NCBI GenBank assembly: GCA_964035545.1
Contig: OZ037771.1
Span: forward strand, 12,709,133 to 12,773,132
Length of the DNA: 64,000 bases
DNA from: Bugula neritina
Lineage: Eukaryota > Animalia > Bryozoa
Direction of reading: 5' to 3'
Shown here: piece by piece, positions 14,005 to 27,249 of the stretch
How positions within the stretch are numbered: the stretch's first letter is position 1
Layout of the letters: every line of letters begins with the position of its first letter
The notes under the pieces: generated by a model
What the model was told of the DNA's origin: nothing
Database searches by the model: none
The model's input: only the letters and a program-made list of their open reading frames with translations
Translations under genes and position numbers: made by a program

Positions 14005-14134
14005 TCTATAAGCAGCTGTAGGTTGGAGAAGTGCAGTAGTTAGAGATCTCGAGTGGTTCAATATTACAAACCTTCAAATTCGAAAACCCTCAACTACTGC
14101 ACTTGGTCACCTCCGACTCAGAGCTGCTTATAGA
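14005..14134. repeat. 130-bp imperfect fold-back
   Basis: TCTATAAGCAGCT/AGCTGCTTATAGA, GTTGGAG/CTCCGAC and AAGTGCAGTAGTT/AACTACTGCACTT nested inverted arms. Confidence 0.8.
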
Positions 14135-15499
14135 AGAATTCTGTTCGCTGTGGCACACACTATAGCATTTATTCTATTCCTTTGTACTGCTTTACATTGA
14201 CTTGTTGGTGTTGGGTAAAACTTGCATTATTTTGTTGCATTGAATATATAAATTGAGCTGTAATAGATGACTGCCAATGATTTCACACTCTCAACTCTGG
14301 CACATAAAACTAGAAAGGTCAAGTACAGTAAGGTGCCATAGGTTGACAGGACTTTCACAAATTACACAGCATTATATGTATAGATGTGTTCACACCATGT
14401 TCTCTGTAGCTAAAATGTCAATATCACCAGGATTGCAATATTAGCTTGGCAGCAGCAGTCTTGTATATATTATTTTGCTGCCAGGAGTTCGAGTAGGCAT
14501 TCTATGTTATAATGAATGAAACAATATCTATTATGTAAGCTATCTCTGTGTATAAGAACACTGTTAAAAGGTTAGTAGTGAACTGTATACCAGCTATAAA
14601 CTCATCTAATAATTAATATTTTATACAATACATAATCACTGTTCATGAAGATTAGACTTTATCTTGCACCTAATTTTTATAAAATAATTTAGGAATACAT
14701 AATGGAAGCAGTGAATAAATATTGCATGGTTAGTGGTGCTCAGTTTCTAAATCCAAACATAAAGCTTAAATTCTTGAATTTTCTTAATAAATATTTGTTT
14801 GATGCGCAGTTGAAGTCCCAGGGAGACCATAACTTCTTTTACTGCATTTTTAATCTAATCTTGTTTTCTACAATACTGCACCTATCTTAACTAGAGGGTC
14901 AACTTCCCCTTCTTCAAGTTGATTTGAAGAATAATTATGTTTTAGTTTAATGCTTAAAGATTATAACTTCAATCTAATCAATAATGAATTTAGTTGGTAC
15001 AATCCTATACAATCTACACCTGGTAGATATTATTGGTTATCTACTTCACACTGCAGTCTATTTTAAGAGCTACATTGTTTCTATATTTCTGTTACATATA
15101 ATAATTTATGTTGCAGTAAATGTTTTACTTATAGTTCAGCTGTGTTTACATGTATTACAATATCCCTAGCATACAAGCATATTTCAGCACCACCTACAAC
15201 TAGTCTTTAATTGCTTCATCTGCTGCTGCTGCTGCCGCCCTCCCCCGCACACACAGCTCTTGCCCTCGAAAGTAAACACACTTATTTGACATCTCTCCCG
15301 GTGAGATACATTTCATAAAGAAGTTGATACTTGGTAAGTAAAAGTAACTGCATATGGGCTACAGTTGTATATTTGACCTGGTATTGAGTGATCTGAGGTT
15401 AATTGGAGTTATCTGTTGCTAAAAATATTGTTACAAAATAATTCCCCAACTTTGTAAGTCAGTCAGTCAACTTAGCTGGAGATTCTTAAACTATATTTT

Positions 15500-15559
15500 T
15501 AAGAATTTATTACTTTATGCTATCTTATGTTATATACTAAGTTATATAATATATACGAT

Positions 15560-15622
<63 letters not shown>

Positions 15623-15744
15623 ACCTATATATATATAATTTTCCCCAAAGCGGAGATAGGTGAGAATAGGTGAGAAATATATACCGTATATATTATATAA
15701 CTTAGTATATAACATAAGATAGCATAAAGTAAAGGAAATTCTTA
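15500..15744. repeat. Inverted repeat with (TA)n spacer
   Basis: 15510-15557 is the exact reverse complement of 15685-15732 (48 bp), extended by TAAGAATTT/AAATTCTTA; spacer contains a (TA)n run. Confidence 0.9.
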
Positions 15745-15752
15745 TTTCATAC

Positions 15753-15807
15753 ATCACCCTGACGAGCGGCAGAAGTTTTCATGCTACGAAACAAATCTGT
15801 AGGTGAT
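15753..15807 (+). ncRNA. Type I hammerhead ribozyme (minimal, Penelope-like-element type)
   Basis: ATCACC-CTGACGA-GCGGCA(gaagttttca)TGCTAC-GAAA-CAAATCTG-TA-GGTGAT: 6-bp stem I, intact CUGANGA/GAAA core, stem II with one mismatch, short stem III, GUA cleavage triplet. Confidence 0.8.
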
Positions 15808-17066
15808 AATTGATTTTAAAATAAAGATCTTAGTCAATTTTAATCTATAAAATTATAGTATCTAGCTCAATGTTCCTAGAAAATTTTAAGCACCATTTGA
15901 TAATTAGTATTACAATATATTTTACACATTTTACATATATATATATATATATATATACGGTATATATATATATATATATATAGGTGGATATAAATAATTT
16001 TTATTTAGTATATATAGGTGCATATCAGTAGCATATTACACATTGATATCAAAATATCTAAAAATAATGGCTACAGCATGTTACTAGTCTAATAATAGTG
16101 TAGAAGTTCCGAAGGTCAAAACCCCAATTATACTTCATAGGTCTCTCCAAATACTATGCACTTTATTACACAAATGTTTACACATATTAGGAGGCTCATA
16201 ATTCCAGATCTAAATTGCATCCCGGAAACAATAACCACCCCATTATACCATATTTTGATATTATAAATATTAACTGTTGCAAAGTCAATAATAATAATAT
16301 ACAGTTAACATTTCAATTTTCCCCAAAGACTTTTCCAATGCCAGGATTGAGAGTTGTGTCTCCCCAGATGTAAACAAAATATATTATTAGTATGTAGCAG
16401 TGTGTTGCAGTGCCTTGTTAACAAAATATACAGCTAATCTTGATGGTTATATTCACTTGAACTATATATATTGATATTCAAGACATTAATGAAAAGATTC
16501 AGCAACAACAAAACCTTATAGAATTAACAATAGACTCTATTGTTAGACAATAATATATATTGATATCATTAACAATTTATACGTTAGTAGATTGATGGTA
16601 ATGTCATCAATAGCTGTCTTTCACACATCATCCTTTTCACTAGATAGTCGATATAAAAGAGAATATAGCGATTATGTCAAATTCTATGCTTCATTACTGC
16701 AAACTGGGATGGCCTGCGTTGTACCAGTGACTTTCGTACGATGTGACAAATCCCATAAAATCATTTGAAAAAGTTATATTTACAAATACTGGAAACATAT
16801 CGCATGAGGACTAAATACATACGAGTATATGCGATTAATTTCTTTCACTCGGCATGAGCATTGATTAATTTTGTTTGCACGAACGCTGATTGAGAAGTTG
16901 AAGTCGTTTTGCCGAAGGGAATATCGTATCAGATTTTGCCAGTCAGCATCATACAACAGAGCACTTGCATTGATCTACAATTAGCGCGGCATCTGCAGTA
17001 ATTATACCAGTTTAGCCTCTACTCCGGTTACCCATCGCCACCGCTCTCTCTTTGTTTACTCTCATT

Positions 17067-20000
17067 ATGCCGAGGAAATGGATTTGCATTCCTCACTATC
17101 ATTGCACTGTTATAGTCGCTGCCGTGCTGCCTATGGCCAAAACACACCTTGAGCACCAACTTATCAAGTTTAAGAATAAACATGGCAATAATGGAACTAC
17201 GAGCACGCCGGATCCTTACGCTAACTATGACCCTATGAATGGAGCCACCACTGCTCTAATACTAGGTAAGCTTTTGATATCCAATGTATTTCAACTGTGC
17301 TAATGAGTGTTACACTTACTGTTATTGGCGTTAATAAGTGTTACACTTACACTAATAAGCGTTACACTTACTGTTTAATTGGTGTTGTACATACACCAAT
17401 TAGTGTTATTATACTACAACGTTCATATCATTTGTATGAAGTATTATCAATATAGTATATTACAATATTTGTATAGCATTTATGAAGTATTATCAGTAGC
17501 ATATTATAATATAATACCATATAGTATGTATGAAGTATTATCAGTAGTATATTACAATATTTATGTAGTATACGTAAAATATTATATTATGTACATTATC
17601 CGTATAGTATATATGAAGTAGTATTTTACAATATTTATATAGTATGTATGGAGTAATATATTACAATATTCGTATAGTATGTATGGAATAATATTTTACA
17701 ATATTCGTATAGTATGTATGAAGTAATATATTACAATATCCGTATAGTATGTATGGAGTAATATATTACAATAATGGTATTGTATGTATAAAGTAATGTT
17801 AGCAGTATACTATAATATTATGTTATGAGATTGGCATTTTCATGACCTCAAGACACATCCAACATTATGTAAGATCAATGTGGAGAATTGATTTATACAG
17901 CTTACCTGATTTTAGCTTACTTCTTAGCTAATAAGAGTGGGTGAATAGCATACGCTCCTCAATACAATCCTCTAACATAGTACAGGAACTGTTCTATGCG
18001 TGTGCAGCACCAAGGGAATTGTAGACCCATTTCCTCTAAGGATGTGAAACGTCAGACTAATTGTATAACACTCACAAATTCAATCATGATGTCACTTTAT
18101 AAAAACAACTTTCACACATTGCGTAATTCAAAAAAGTTTAAAAGTTTACAAAGTAATTCAACTCAGAGACTTGGCACCATTGAAAGTCTGCTTAATTTTT
18201 TGGCTCTCTTAAGCTTCTATTAGCATAAAATTACATTTCGTTATATAATATTATATTAAGTTGTTATATTGCGCGGCTGGTATGTAGTAACCCACATTGT
18301 TTAAATAACGTCTCCACCCCTGTGAGAACCCCTGAAGGGGTTTAGGCTGGTTAAGGGTTCTACAATGATTTAAGTGCTTTTGTTGTATGGGAAAAAGACA
18401 AAAAGTTCCTGCCATTATCAATGAACTTGAATCGACCTTGAATTGTGTCACACTTTAGCCTCCAGGTTCTGGCTGTTGCACTATATTATGTTATATTATA
18501 TTATACTATATTATATTATATTATGTTATATTATATTATGTTATATTATAGGATATTGAATTATATTATATTATACTATATTATATTATATCATATTATA
18601 TTATATTGTATTATACTATGTTATATTATATTATATTAGATTACAATATCTCATATTATATCACATTATATTATATTATGTTATATTATAATATTATATT
18701 ATGTTATATTATTGGGTGTTGTATAATACTGTATTATTATGTATATATTATTATTTGTAATATAATATATTATTTTATGTTATTGCATGGTTGAAATTTC
18801 AACACAGCAGACAAATTCTATCAGTTTCTGTAGTAGTGGTTTCTAACACTTTTATCTTGTTCGCTATTTTCACACCCCTCCCCTAGGGACCCAAGTACCC
18901 CTTCTAAGTATGGAACATCACAACACTAATGTAGAGTATATGGCATAGTAACCTATTGATCACAACTTCAGCTGTACAGCAAATGGATAAAGTACCTCTG
19001 GGAGTTGTATAAACTAAGATTAACCCTATTGTTGACTTTATGATTCACAATACTAATTATTTCTTATAAGCTTGTCAACGGAGTAAGATATAATGTGACT
19101 ATTTGAATATTATTATATAAAAATTCACAAAAGTTTATAGTCACTATCCTTGTGAGAACCCCTGATGGATAGGTTTTTTGAAAAGTGGGCTAAGGACTTA
19201 TTCAGATGTGACACTATGACTGGATGCTCTTCCTAACATCACTTATGGTGTTTTCTAGGGTTCGAACCCATGACCTTTGTTCCTAAGCCTATAATCTAAC
19301 CTCTAGATCATGGCTTGACAATTATTATATAATTACAGCTATAACAAAAATATGAGGCTCTGCTAGTTCAGATTTACGTTACATTTTGTATTCTATACTA
19401 GGATTTTGTGTTACCAGCTACACCATCCAATATTATATCTCAAGACAGTTATTAACAATATGTTGACTTTATTAACAATTGTTAGCATAACATTCATCAA
19501 GTTGTTGACACCTTTTCTCAATCTAGAACCCTTTCAAATTATACTCAGAATATTATTGATATTGCCAGCATGATCATAATAGTACATATGAATTTATATT
19601 CCAAGCGAAGATGTTGAATTATATAAAGTGGTAACTGGCTAGACAGAATAGTAATAATAAAATGTATGTTTCAGCCAGTTTACGCAGTGCAATATTGTGT
19701 AATTTTTCAAACTTTTTCAAAGCCGAGAAAGGTTACTTGAAAGCAATAATATTCTTAATACATTACACAGCTGATGATAGCCTTGGGTTATGATATTAAA
19801 CTTTGAGCCAGCAGTTTTTGTCATAGCCCGAGTTCCATCACATTTGGTATAGAGAAGTTATCTGCTCAAGAAATGAATTGACCAGGTAGCATACACTTGT
19901 AGCTGCACACTTTCTCTCCAGTTGGGATTATTTGAAACAAAAGTAACATGGTGTACTTTGTTAACCTCCTAACCTCTCAATTTACATTAAAATACTAGTA

Positions 20001-23000
20001 TATTGTGTAAACTAAAAGCACCTCTTACTCTCCTAATAGTTATTTATGCCGTGTTTAGGTAAAACTAGTATCACAGCTCTGTTACCTGTCACTATTAATA
20101 TTACCATAATAGTGTATGTTTTTAGTAAAGACCAAAATTCATAAACCGTTTAACAAGTGCAAAATTATGAAACTACAAAAAAACTTAATTAAAGAAATAA
20201 TATTCAAAGTAACACTTTACACCAATATATTACTATAAGCATAATACCAATATAACAGTATATAACAGTGTATGACAGTATATAATATAATGCTATTAGT
20301 TATATTACTAACCCTATAGTATTACAATACTATTATAACTATATTCTAATAACACTATATAATACTAGTACAACATTTTAATATTATTTTAACAATAGTA
20401 GGTACCATAGTAATATATTGTTGCGCTATTCTACTATAGGCCTACAATAAAAAGTATATATAATGATACTATATACCAATAGCTCATATCGTAATAACTG
20501 ACATAATGGTAACTCATAGTCACAGGGAGTTGATACCATGTGTTACAGGTATGACCTTCCTAATTGGTATAATATACGTCTCGGTGAAATACGGTAGACA
20601 GCGATGCAAAACCCAGTGCTATCAAACATGCCTTGGAAAACTTATAAGAAAGAACACTCAGGAGCAGACAACTGAAGTAGGGGATGAGGAGGGGCGCGAG
20701 AAGATGCTCCCCCAACTCAACCTCAGAGAAAAGTGTGAGTGCAGTGAGACACGACAAGAGATGTTTGTGGCCATTTTGCTTCTGAGTGTTATATATCACA
20801 GGTTTTTGCTTCGTGGTAGACTTTTTGATTGAGTAGATATTCTAGTCTTCACCTTTGCTATATAGCATCTCTACTTTTTCTAAAATTCAAAACTCATTTT
20901 GGGTAATCATCTTTGGTAGCATTTAGTTACTAGATGTACTAATGGTGAGTAGTACTTAGTTACTTGCAACTGATTCCAGGGCAAAACCATAATATTAAAA
21001 ATAAATAAGTGTAAAAAATATATATATATATATATATATATACATCAAAAATAAATAAGTGTAAAATATTTTTTCACTTGCTACTTGATTTATATAAATA
21101 AATAAAGTAAACTTATGGTTTTGATACACTGTATCCATCTTCAGAGTTATTAGCAGTAGTTATATACATTCCAGCAAGGTAATATCAAAAAGTTGTTTAC
21201 ATTAGCAACCATCCGTTGCATTTTATATTAAACAATATATCCGTTGATAACATTTTATCAATACTGGAAACCATGATAGGTAATCCACACCAGATTCATC
21301 GATACAGTATGATGTGTATTCTGTGTATCTGTGTATCTGTATTCTACATTTGATAGTAAGAATTGTATGAAATATTCACCCTTTGAGTAAGCTGCAGTGG
21401 GATTAGAATAACTCTTTGTTACAATATATATATTATATTAGTTCCGATTGTGTATATTGTGTGTAATATTGTTATATAGCTTCTCTCTCTTACTGTATCT
21501 GAATGATTCTGAAGAAACATACATAAGTACATGTTATTGGTTGTAATGTATAGCCTTTGCTATCTGGTATGGGTTTTGGTGTGGCGAGGGAGAAACGTAG
21601 CAAAAGCCGTTCATTGTTTTCATAGCCGTGCTCAAAGGGCAATTGAACCATATTCCCGTAATTCACTTAATTTAGTGATTATAAAAATGAATTCTTAGCG
21701 AAAATAACTATAAAAATTGCCACTGACTCAACTTTATAAAAATGAATAGTAACAAAATTAATAAAAGTAACTCCTATTTTTATCTGACGTTTTAAAAATA
21801 TTCTTGTCCAATTTAGTGCTCACTGATCCAAAGTGGAGAAATCAGCTGGCCAAAGCTTATCAGCTGAGCAAAGAACTTGGTAAACTTATTTCATCCCATC
21901 TGACTAATCTAGTCACATGACTAATCTAGTCACATGACTAATCAAGCCACCTGACTAATCAAGTCAACCAACTACCACATAATACACAATAATTTATATT
22001 ATTTAATACCATTATTAGTTTCCCTCACAGCTGCCATTATCAAAATCTATATCCTGTTGAGAGATGTATCTCATATTTGTTGAAAGTCACGAGCTCTGTG
22101 AGAACTCCTAGTGGCAGGAAGTTGTATGTGGGCGAAATATTTTTGTCTAAAAAAGTTTTGTGGGCTTTCAAAGCAGCAAAAAATATTGTGACTGCATGGG
22201 CCCCTTGCAGGATTCAAGCCACCAGCTTAGCCTCTGTACCATACAATTGCTCGCTTTCGAATTGTTTGTTCAAAGTGGTACTGGTGGTTATAAAAAAGAT
22301 TGTAGATGGTTACTCAGTTTTGAAATACCAGATTTTTGCTGGTGGTTTTTAGAACTTGGCACATAATTTTCATACTTATTCTTGTACTAATAACAGTTTC
22401 TGCACTAATTTTAAATTTGAGTGCTGCATGTAGAGGGAATATTTTTGTTGGTATAAAGAGAGTAAAAACTATCAAGTTTTTCGGAAATATTTGTGCAGCT
22501 GTTGGATACGTGGGAGCAGAGTTTACCTGCAGAGTTGTGGCTATGATTTCTCAGTTCCTCACGCTTGTTATCATTACATTCACCATATCAGTTGTTTTAT
22601 TCCTGCTTTCACACATTAAATATACTTTACTGTCAAATAACAACCTGTACAACGAGGAAACCTCATTTTACACAGTACACAGTGTTTTTACTTTATGTGC
22701 TAAAGAGCTTAGAAGTGTAGATATTATCATGTGTAGATATTGGATGGTTTAAACTACAATTATTAAACACCTCAACTGCTGATTGAAGGTTTCTGGGAAT
22801 GTGACTTTTTGAAGTCAGCTGACACTGTGTTTATTATATCATGTGACTAAAACTGACACAGCTACAGCTACAAAACTTGTTGAGACAAGTGCACTGCCTG
22901 TGTGTACGTAAAGATGTTCCCTCAGTACTGTTTGTTGCATCATAAGAGATGGGATAAGGTACAGGAGTTGTGCTGACAGGCTGACTCGTGCTAGCTGACT

Positions 23001-23898
23001 GTCATTGGTTGACCTCATTAGCTGAACTATATATTAGCTGACGCCTTTTTTTACAAAACCTCTAACTCAAACACCTAAAGTGCAGCTATTTGATATATGC
23101 TGTAAGGTCATAGTGGTACAGCTCTAGAATTGACCTCTACAGCGCTAAAGCTCAAACACCTCTAATGCCATTAGCACATCATCCATTAATCTCTCAGTGC
23201 AAATGTCTTTCCAAGTCAATTACTATTGATTGTATTTGTTGTTAACACAATTATATTGAACTAAGCAATGTAAGCTTTCTATAGCAGTTTCTTTAGGTGA
23301 GGTGTACTGATTGTACTGTGTCAATGTTTCAGGCATGCCAATAGTCGTAAAGGGCAGTCCTGATCTGCAAGATACGGCAGCTGCAGAAACACCGCCATTT
23401 CAACAGGCTGGTTATACAGAGGCTCCTAACTCGAGGGCGGAGTCAACAAATGTACCAGCGTGGGCGGAGCCAGCTGTGCTTGTTGACGTTTACACCATGT
23501 ACGTATCTGAAAACAGTTCCCGTCCTTCTGTAGCCAAAAAATCAACACGACCAGAGACTCTACACAGCAGACAGAGTAGTCAGCAGCAGTTGCTGCCTCC
23601 TTCAGCCAATCAGGTGCTGAGAACAGCTGAGTGGGTAAACACTCTCAACAATAAACCAATAAGTGATTATTCGCCTGACGAGTTGACTAGGAAGTTGTCT
23701 TCTCCTTGTAAGCTGGAGTTGCTCACAGTTCTGGACGATACTAAACAGCTGTGTACGACAAAAGCAGAAATAAACCAAATGCAGTATTTCTCTGAAGAAA
23801 AAGATACGGCTTGTGGCGTGTTGGAGACGTCGACCAATCACGAGCAAGAACCGTCTGTTTGTAGTAAAAACTTAGAGGATGTGACATCACAAGTATAG
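17067..23898 (+). CDS. Unrecognised single-pass membrane protein, about 316 aa
   Basis: Exons 17067-17265, 20549-20734, 23333-23898 join in frame through phase-1 GT-AG introns (GTAAG, GTGAGT donors); hydrophobic ALILGMTFLIGIIYVSV followed by KYGRQR; AATAAA near 24004. Start codon uncertain. Confidence 0.7.
18481..18785. repeat. (TATTA)n-like low-complexity microsatellite
   Basis: Degenerate pentamer array. Confidence 0.9.
19120..19315 (-). mobile_element. tRNA-derived SINE copy
   Basis: Reverse complement has A box TGATCTAGAGGTTAG and B box GGTTCGAACCC, then GTGATGTTAGGAAGAGCATCCA and CATCTGAATAAGTCCTTAGC shared with the copy at 37753. Confidence 0.85.
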
Positions 23899-24148
23899 TG
23901 ATGATGTAATATACAAACAATACTTGTGTTGTCAGTTGCAGCATAAATCATTCTAATTTTGTATTTGTTTTTATTTGTTAAATCATTCTATATTTTGATA
24001 TCGAATAAATACTATTTTTCTAAGATCTAACTCCATCTCTCATCTTTGAATCCGGACAACCTGATATGTCTACAAAAAGTCGTACATTTGATGTTTAGGT
24101 GGAGTGGATCACTTTATACTCGCGCATAACTAGTACAAGTACTATAAC

Positions 24149-24151
<3 letters not shown>

Positions 24152-24239
<88 letters not shown>
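24152..24239. repeat. (TA)n microsatellite
   Basis: Pure dinucleotide run. Confidence 0.97.
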
Positions 24240-24245
<6 letters not shown>

Positions 24246-25061
24246 TACCACATTTAAATATATTACATAGATCATGTACCATTAATCGAAAAAGTTTCTT
24301 AAAGCCTGTTCCTTTAAAACTAATTTGATATAACTTATATTTTAAAATCTGCTCTGCTACTGGAAATTTGCAACAGAATATTAAAAGTGAACATGTTATA
24401 CAGCTCATAGAGAAAACAACTTCTCACTTCATATATTTTAGGGATAAACAAAGGAATGTCATATACAATTACCACAATTGTTATATTTTATATAATAATG
24501 CTTATGAAATACGTGTAGAGGTTGAGTAACAATAAGACAGTAAAACTCCTAATATATGGTTATACATTGTACCCAACAATCAAATTTATGATCTATAAAC
24601 ATAATTTACAGCTTTGGAAAATAAAAAATGGATATTATTGAAATCTTATTTCAATATTGCTTTATTGAAAAATATATGTGTATTCTTATTGCCATGCTTA
24701 TCTACTACCTGGTAAGGAGGATATTGAATCTATATAAAACCTTATCTACTTGTAAGTAAGTTTAACTTTGAGGATTAGTTTATGCCGGCATAATAATTAT
24801 ACTTATAGTGACTATCATAATGACTTGTAATAGCCATAAGTTAACAATGTGAGTGAGCTCAAATAAATATATGTATTCGTACTTCAGAGGTTTGTTGGGC
24901 AGACATATACAAATTGTATTATACGACTATTCTAAAGGTTTGTGAAAAGTAAAATTTTCACCTTTATCACATTAATAATTTTAATTGTAGAAAATGACTA
25001 AACAAAATATATAATGCAATACCACAAATCAATAATTAACATGCTTTGGGTGAATTCTTAG

Positions 25062-25651
25062 AGCGATGAACTTGAAAGATGAAGCAGCTGAGAGAAGACT
25101 TATTGAGCTGAAAATAAGAGAAGATGAAAGTAAAGTGGAAAAGGTTGTAAAAGTAAATGGGAGAAAACTTGCCTAAGAAGAAATGTTGGAAACTGAGGGA
25201 CTATAGTTGACGGGTCTCTGAAAAACAAGTTAGTTGAAAAAGAAAAGCCAGACGATGTAACGGAGATGAGAGAGGAAACGATAAAATAGCTTTGGAGGAA
25301 GACTCAAATAGAGTTTCGATGACAGCTTTCTATGGGGGGGGGGGCGAAGTCAATCAGGAGGCGATGGACAGCGCTGCTAATGTCAATGGTGAGTTAAATT
25401 TCAAAATACATACAAAACGTGATATGCTTTTGCTTAGCAATAAAGAGCATCTTGTTGTGCGTTTGGTGTGTTGTGACAATTGATGAATCAGGGTAGTCTA
25501 TAAATAGAACTCTCTACCCTATCTGTTGTAGGAGAAAGAGTACAAAGAGAAGACAACACACAACTTACCTGATAGCAATACAACCAGATGAGGAATAATC
25601 AAACTTATTCAAAGAGTTTGTTGCTGCTGCTGTCTTCCAGACAGTGACTAG
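25062..25651 (+). pseudogene. Probable unprocessed pseudogene of a K/E-rich protein ending in a Cys cluster
   Basis: Purine-rich coding-like segments (MNLKDEAAERRLIELKIREDESK...) broken by stops and frameshifts; intact-looking intron 25389-25531 (GTGAG..TAG); terminal KLIQRVCCCCLPDSD*. Confidence 0.45.
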
Positions 25652-27249
25652 TTAAATTTTTTATCTATATCATATATTTTATTTTAAGAATTATAACTAT
25701 AACTCTATAAAGTAATATAAATACGAGTATATGGGGTAATACATATACATATAGTAGCCTATACTAGTAAAACTTTTGGTGCAAAACTAATGTTATATTT
25801 AAAATGCACCATATTCTTATAAGATGCACAATAACTACTAGCAATGCTTGCAGATGTCTCTACCCATAGTCTTAGATCCATAACATATTATGTTCAGAAA
25901 TAACATTATAGTGAACTAAGTTGCAGTACACAGTCTAACAAAAGAAACAGAAAAGCATTATAATTACTGAAGATACAACAACTGCATATATATAGAGAAT
26001 ATCAGCAGATACAGTATAGGCTTATGCTTGTATATGTATATTGAACAAGTTTGAGCTGATCAAAAAATAATGAATGTAAGAATTAACATGAATTATCATA
26101 TAGCTGAAGTGCACCGCTTATATACATACTGTATAGATCAGTAGCAATAATGTTCAACATGAATCATATAAATATGCCACTGGAACCAATATTTTTATAT
26201 TCAAACTCAGATGTAGCTTTTCAAATAATTATTTGAACCCCAAACCACATGAAACATGATACCTTCATTTCAAATTCATGACATTCAGGTTACAAACTAG
26301 TTTTATAATGTATAGCAGCAGCTAGGTAATATTTGCAAATCGGAGTTATCTTCTCTTGCTTACAGTTTGCGTAAATTATGTCTTATAAGGGAGGTTTGTG
26401 TCAGTCAGGACACTGTAATAGCTTTGTGTACTGCAGGATTCACTTCATTCAACAGTGTGACAGATTATGCATTCTACCTGTGCTGTTTTACCCATAGTGT
26501 CATATGTATATACATGCACAGACATGCACACACACAAACACAATTATATATAAGAGTGTTCAACTAGAATTACAACAGACCCCATTTTTAATTACTCTAT
26601 TACAATAATACATTTAGTTTAAATATATTACAAAAAAGCGTTCCTTAGAGACACGGATGCATTTTTAAATAATTAATTCTTGCGTATTATTATTTTACGG
26701 CGGACTAATTATATAGTGAGAGTAGCTTGTTCCTGATTGGTTTGCTATAAGTCACTAGGTCATATCTATAGTCTGAGATATATTGGAACAAGCATTGAGA
26801 GAGTATAAAGTCAAGATATTGAATACACAATATGCTTTTACATGCATATTATGAATGATGAGTTAAATTTTTTAACAACTTGTCACGCATGATACGAAGA
26901 TAACAAAATATATTCAATGCATAAGAAACGATTCAATATATATTTTAAGTTACTCAATAATACAGGATATACTAAAATAAAAACTTTCTCATATAATTAT
27001 AGAATTGTCTTCCCACAGTTTATATGCAGTAATTATCAGAAATACATATACTAGTGTGTTTCCATTTAATCTTCACTTTAGGCTCAGTACCAGCCATGTT
27101 GTTGGGTTGTCTATTAGAGTCCACAGCTGATAAATAAATTTACAAGTCCAACACGAGAAGACAACTTCATAAACCCAGTTCTCGATAACTATGGATGCAG
27201 TTTACACTTGCTGTGATCACAGGCTACACTTGCTATGTTGAGAGAGCCC

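Noticed and set aside
22077-22752. Overlapping ORFs in intron 2 of the unrecognised gene
   Set aside because: Non-ATG starts, no recognisable motif or convincing splice structure on either strand.
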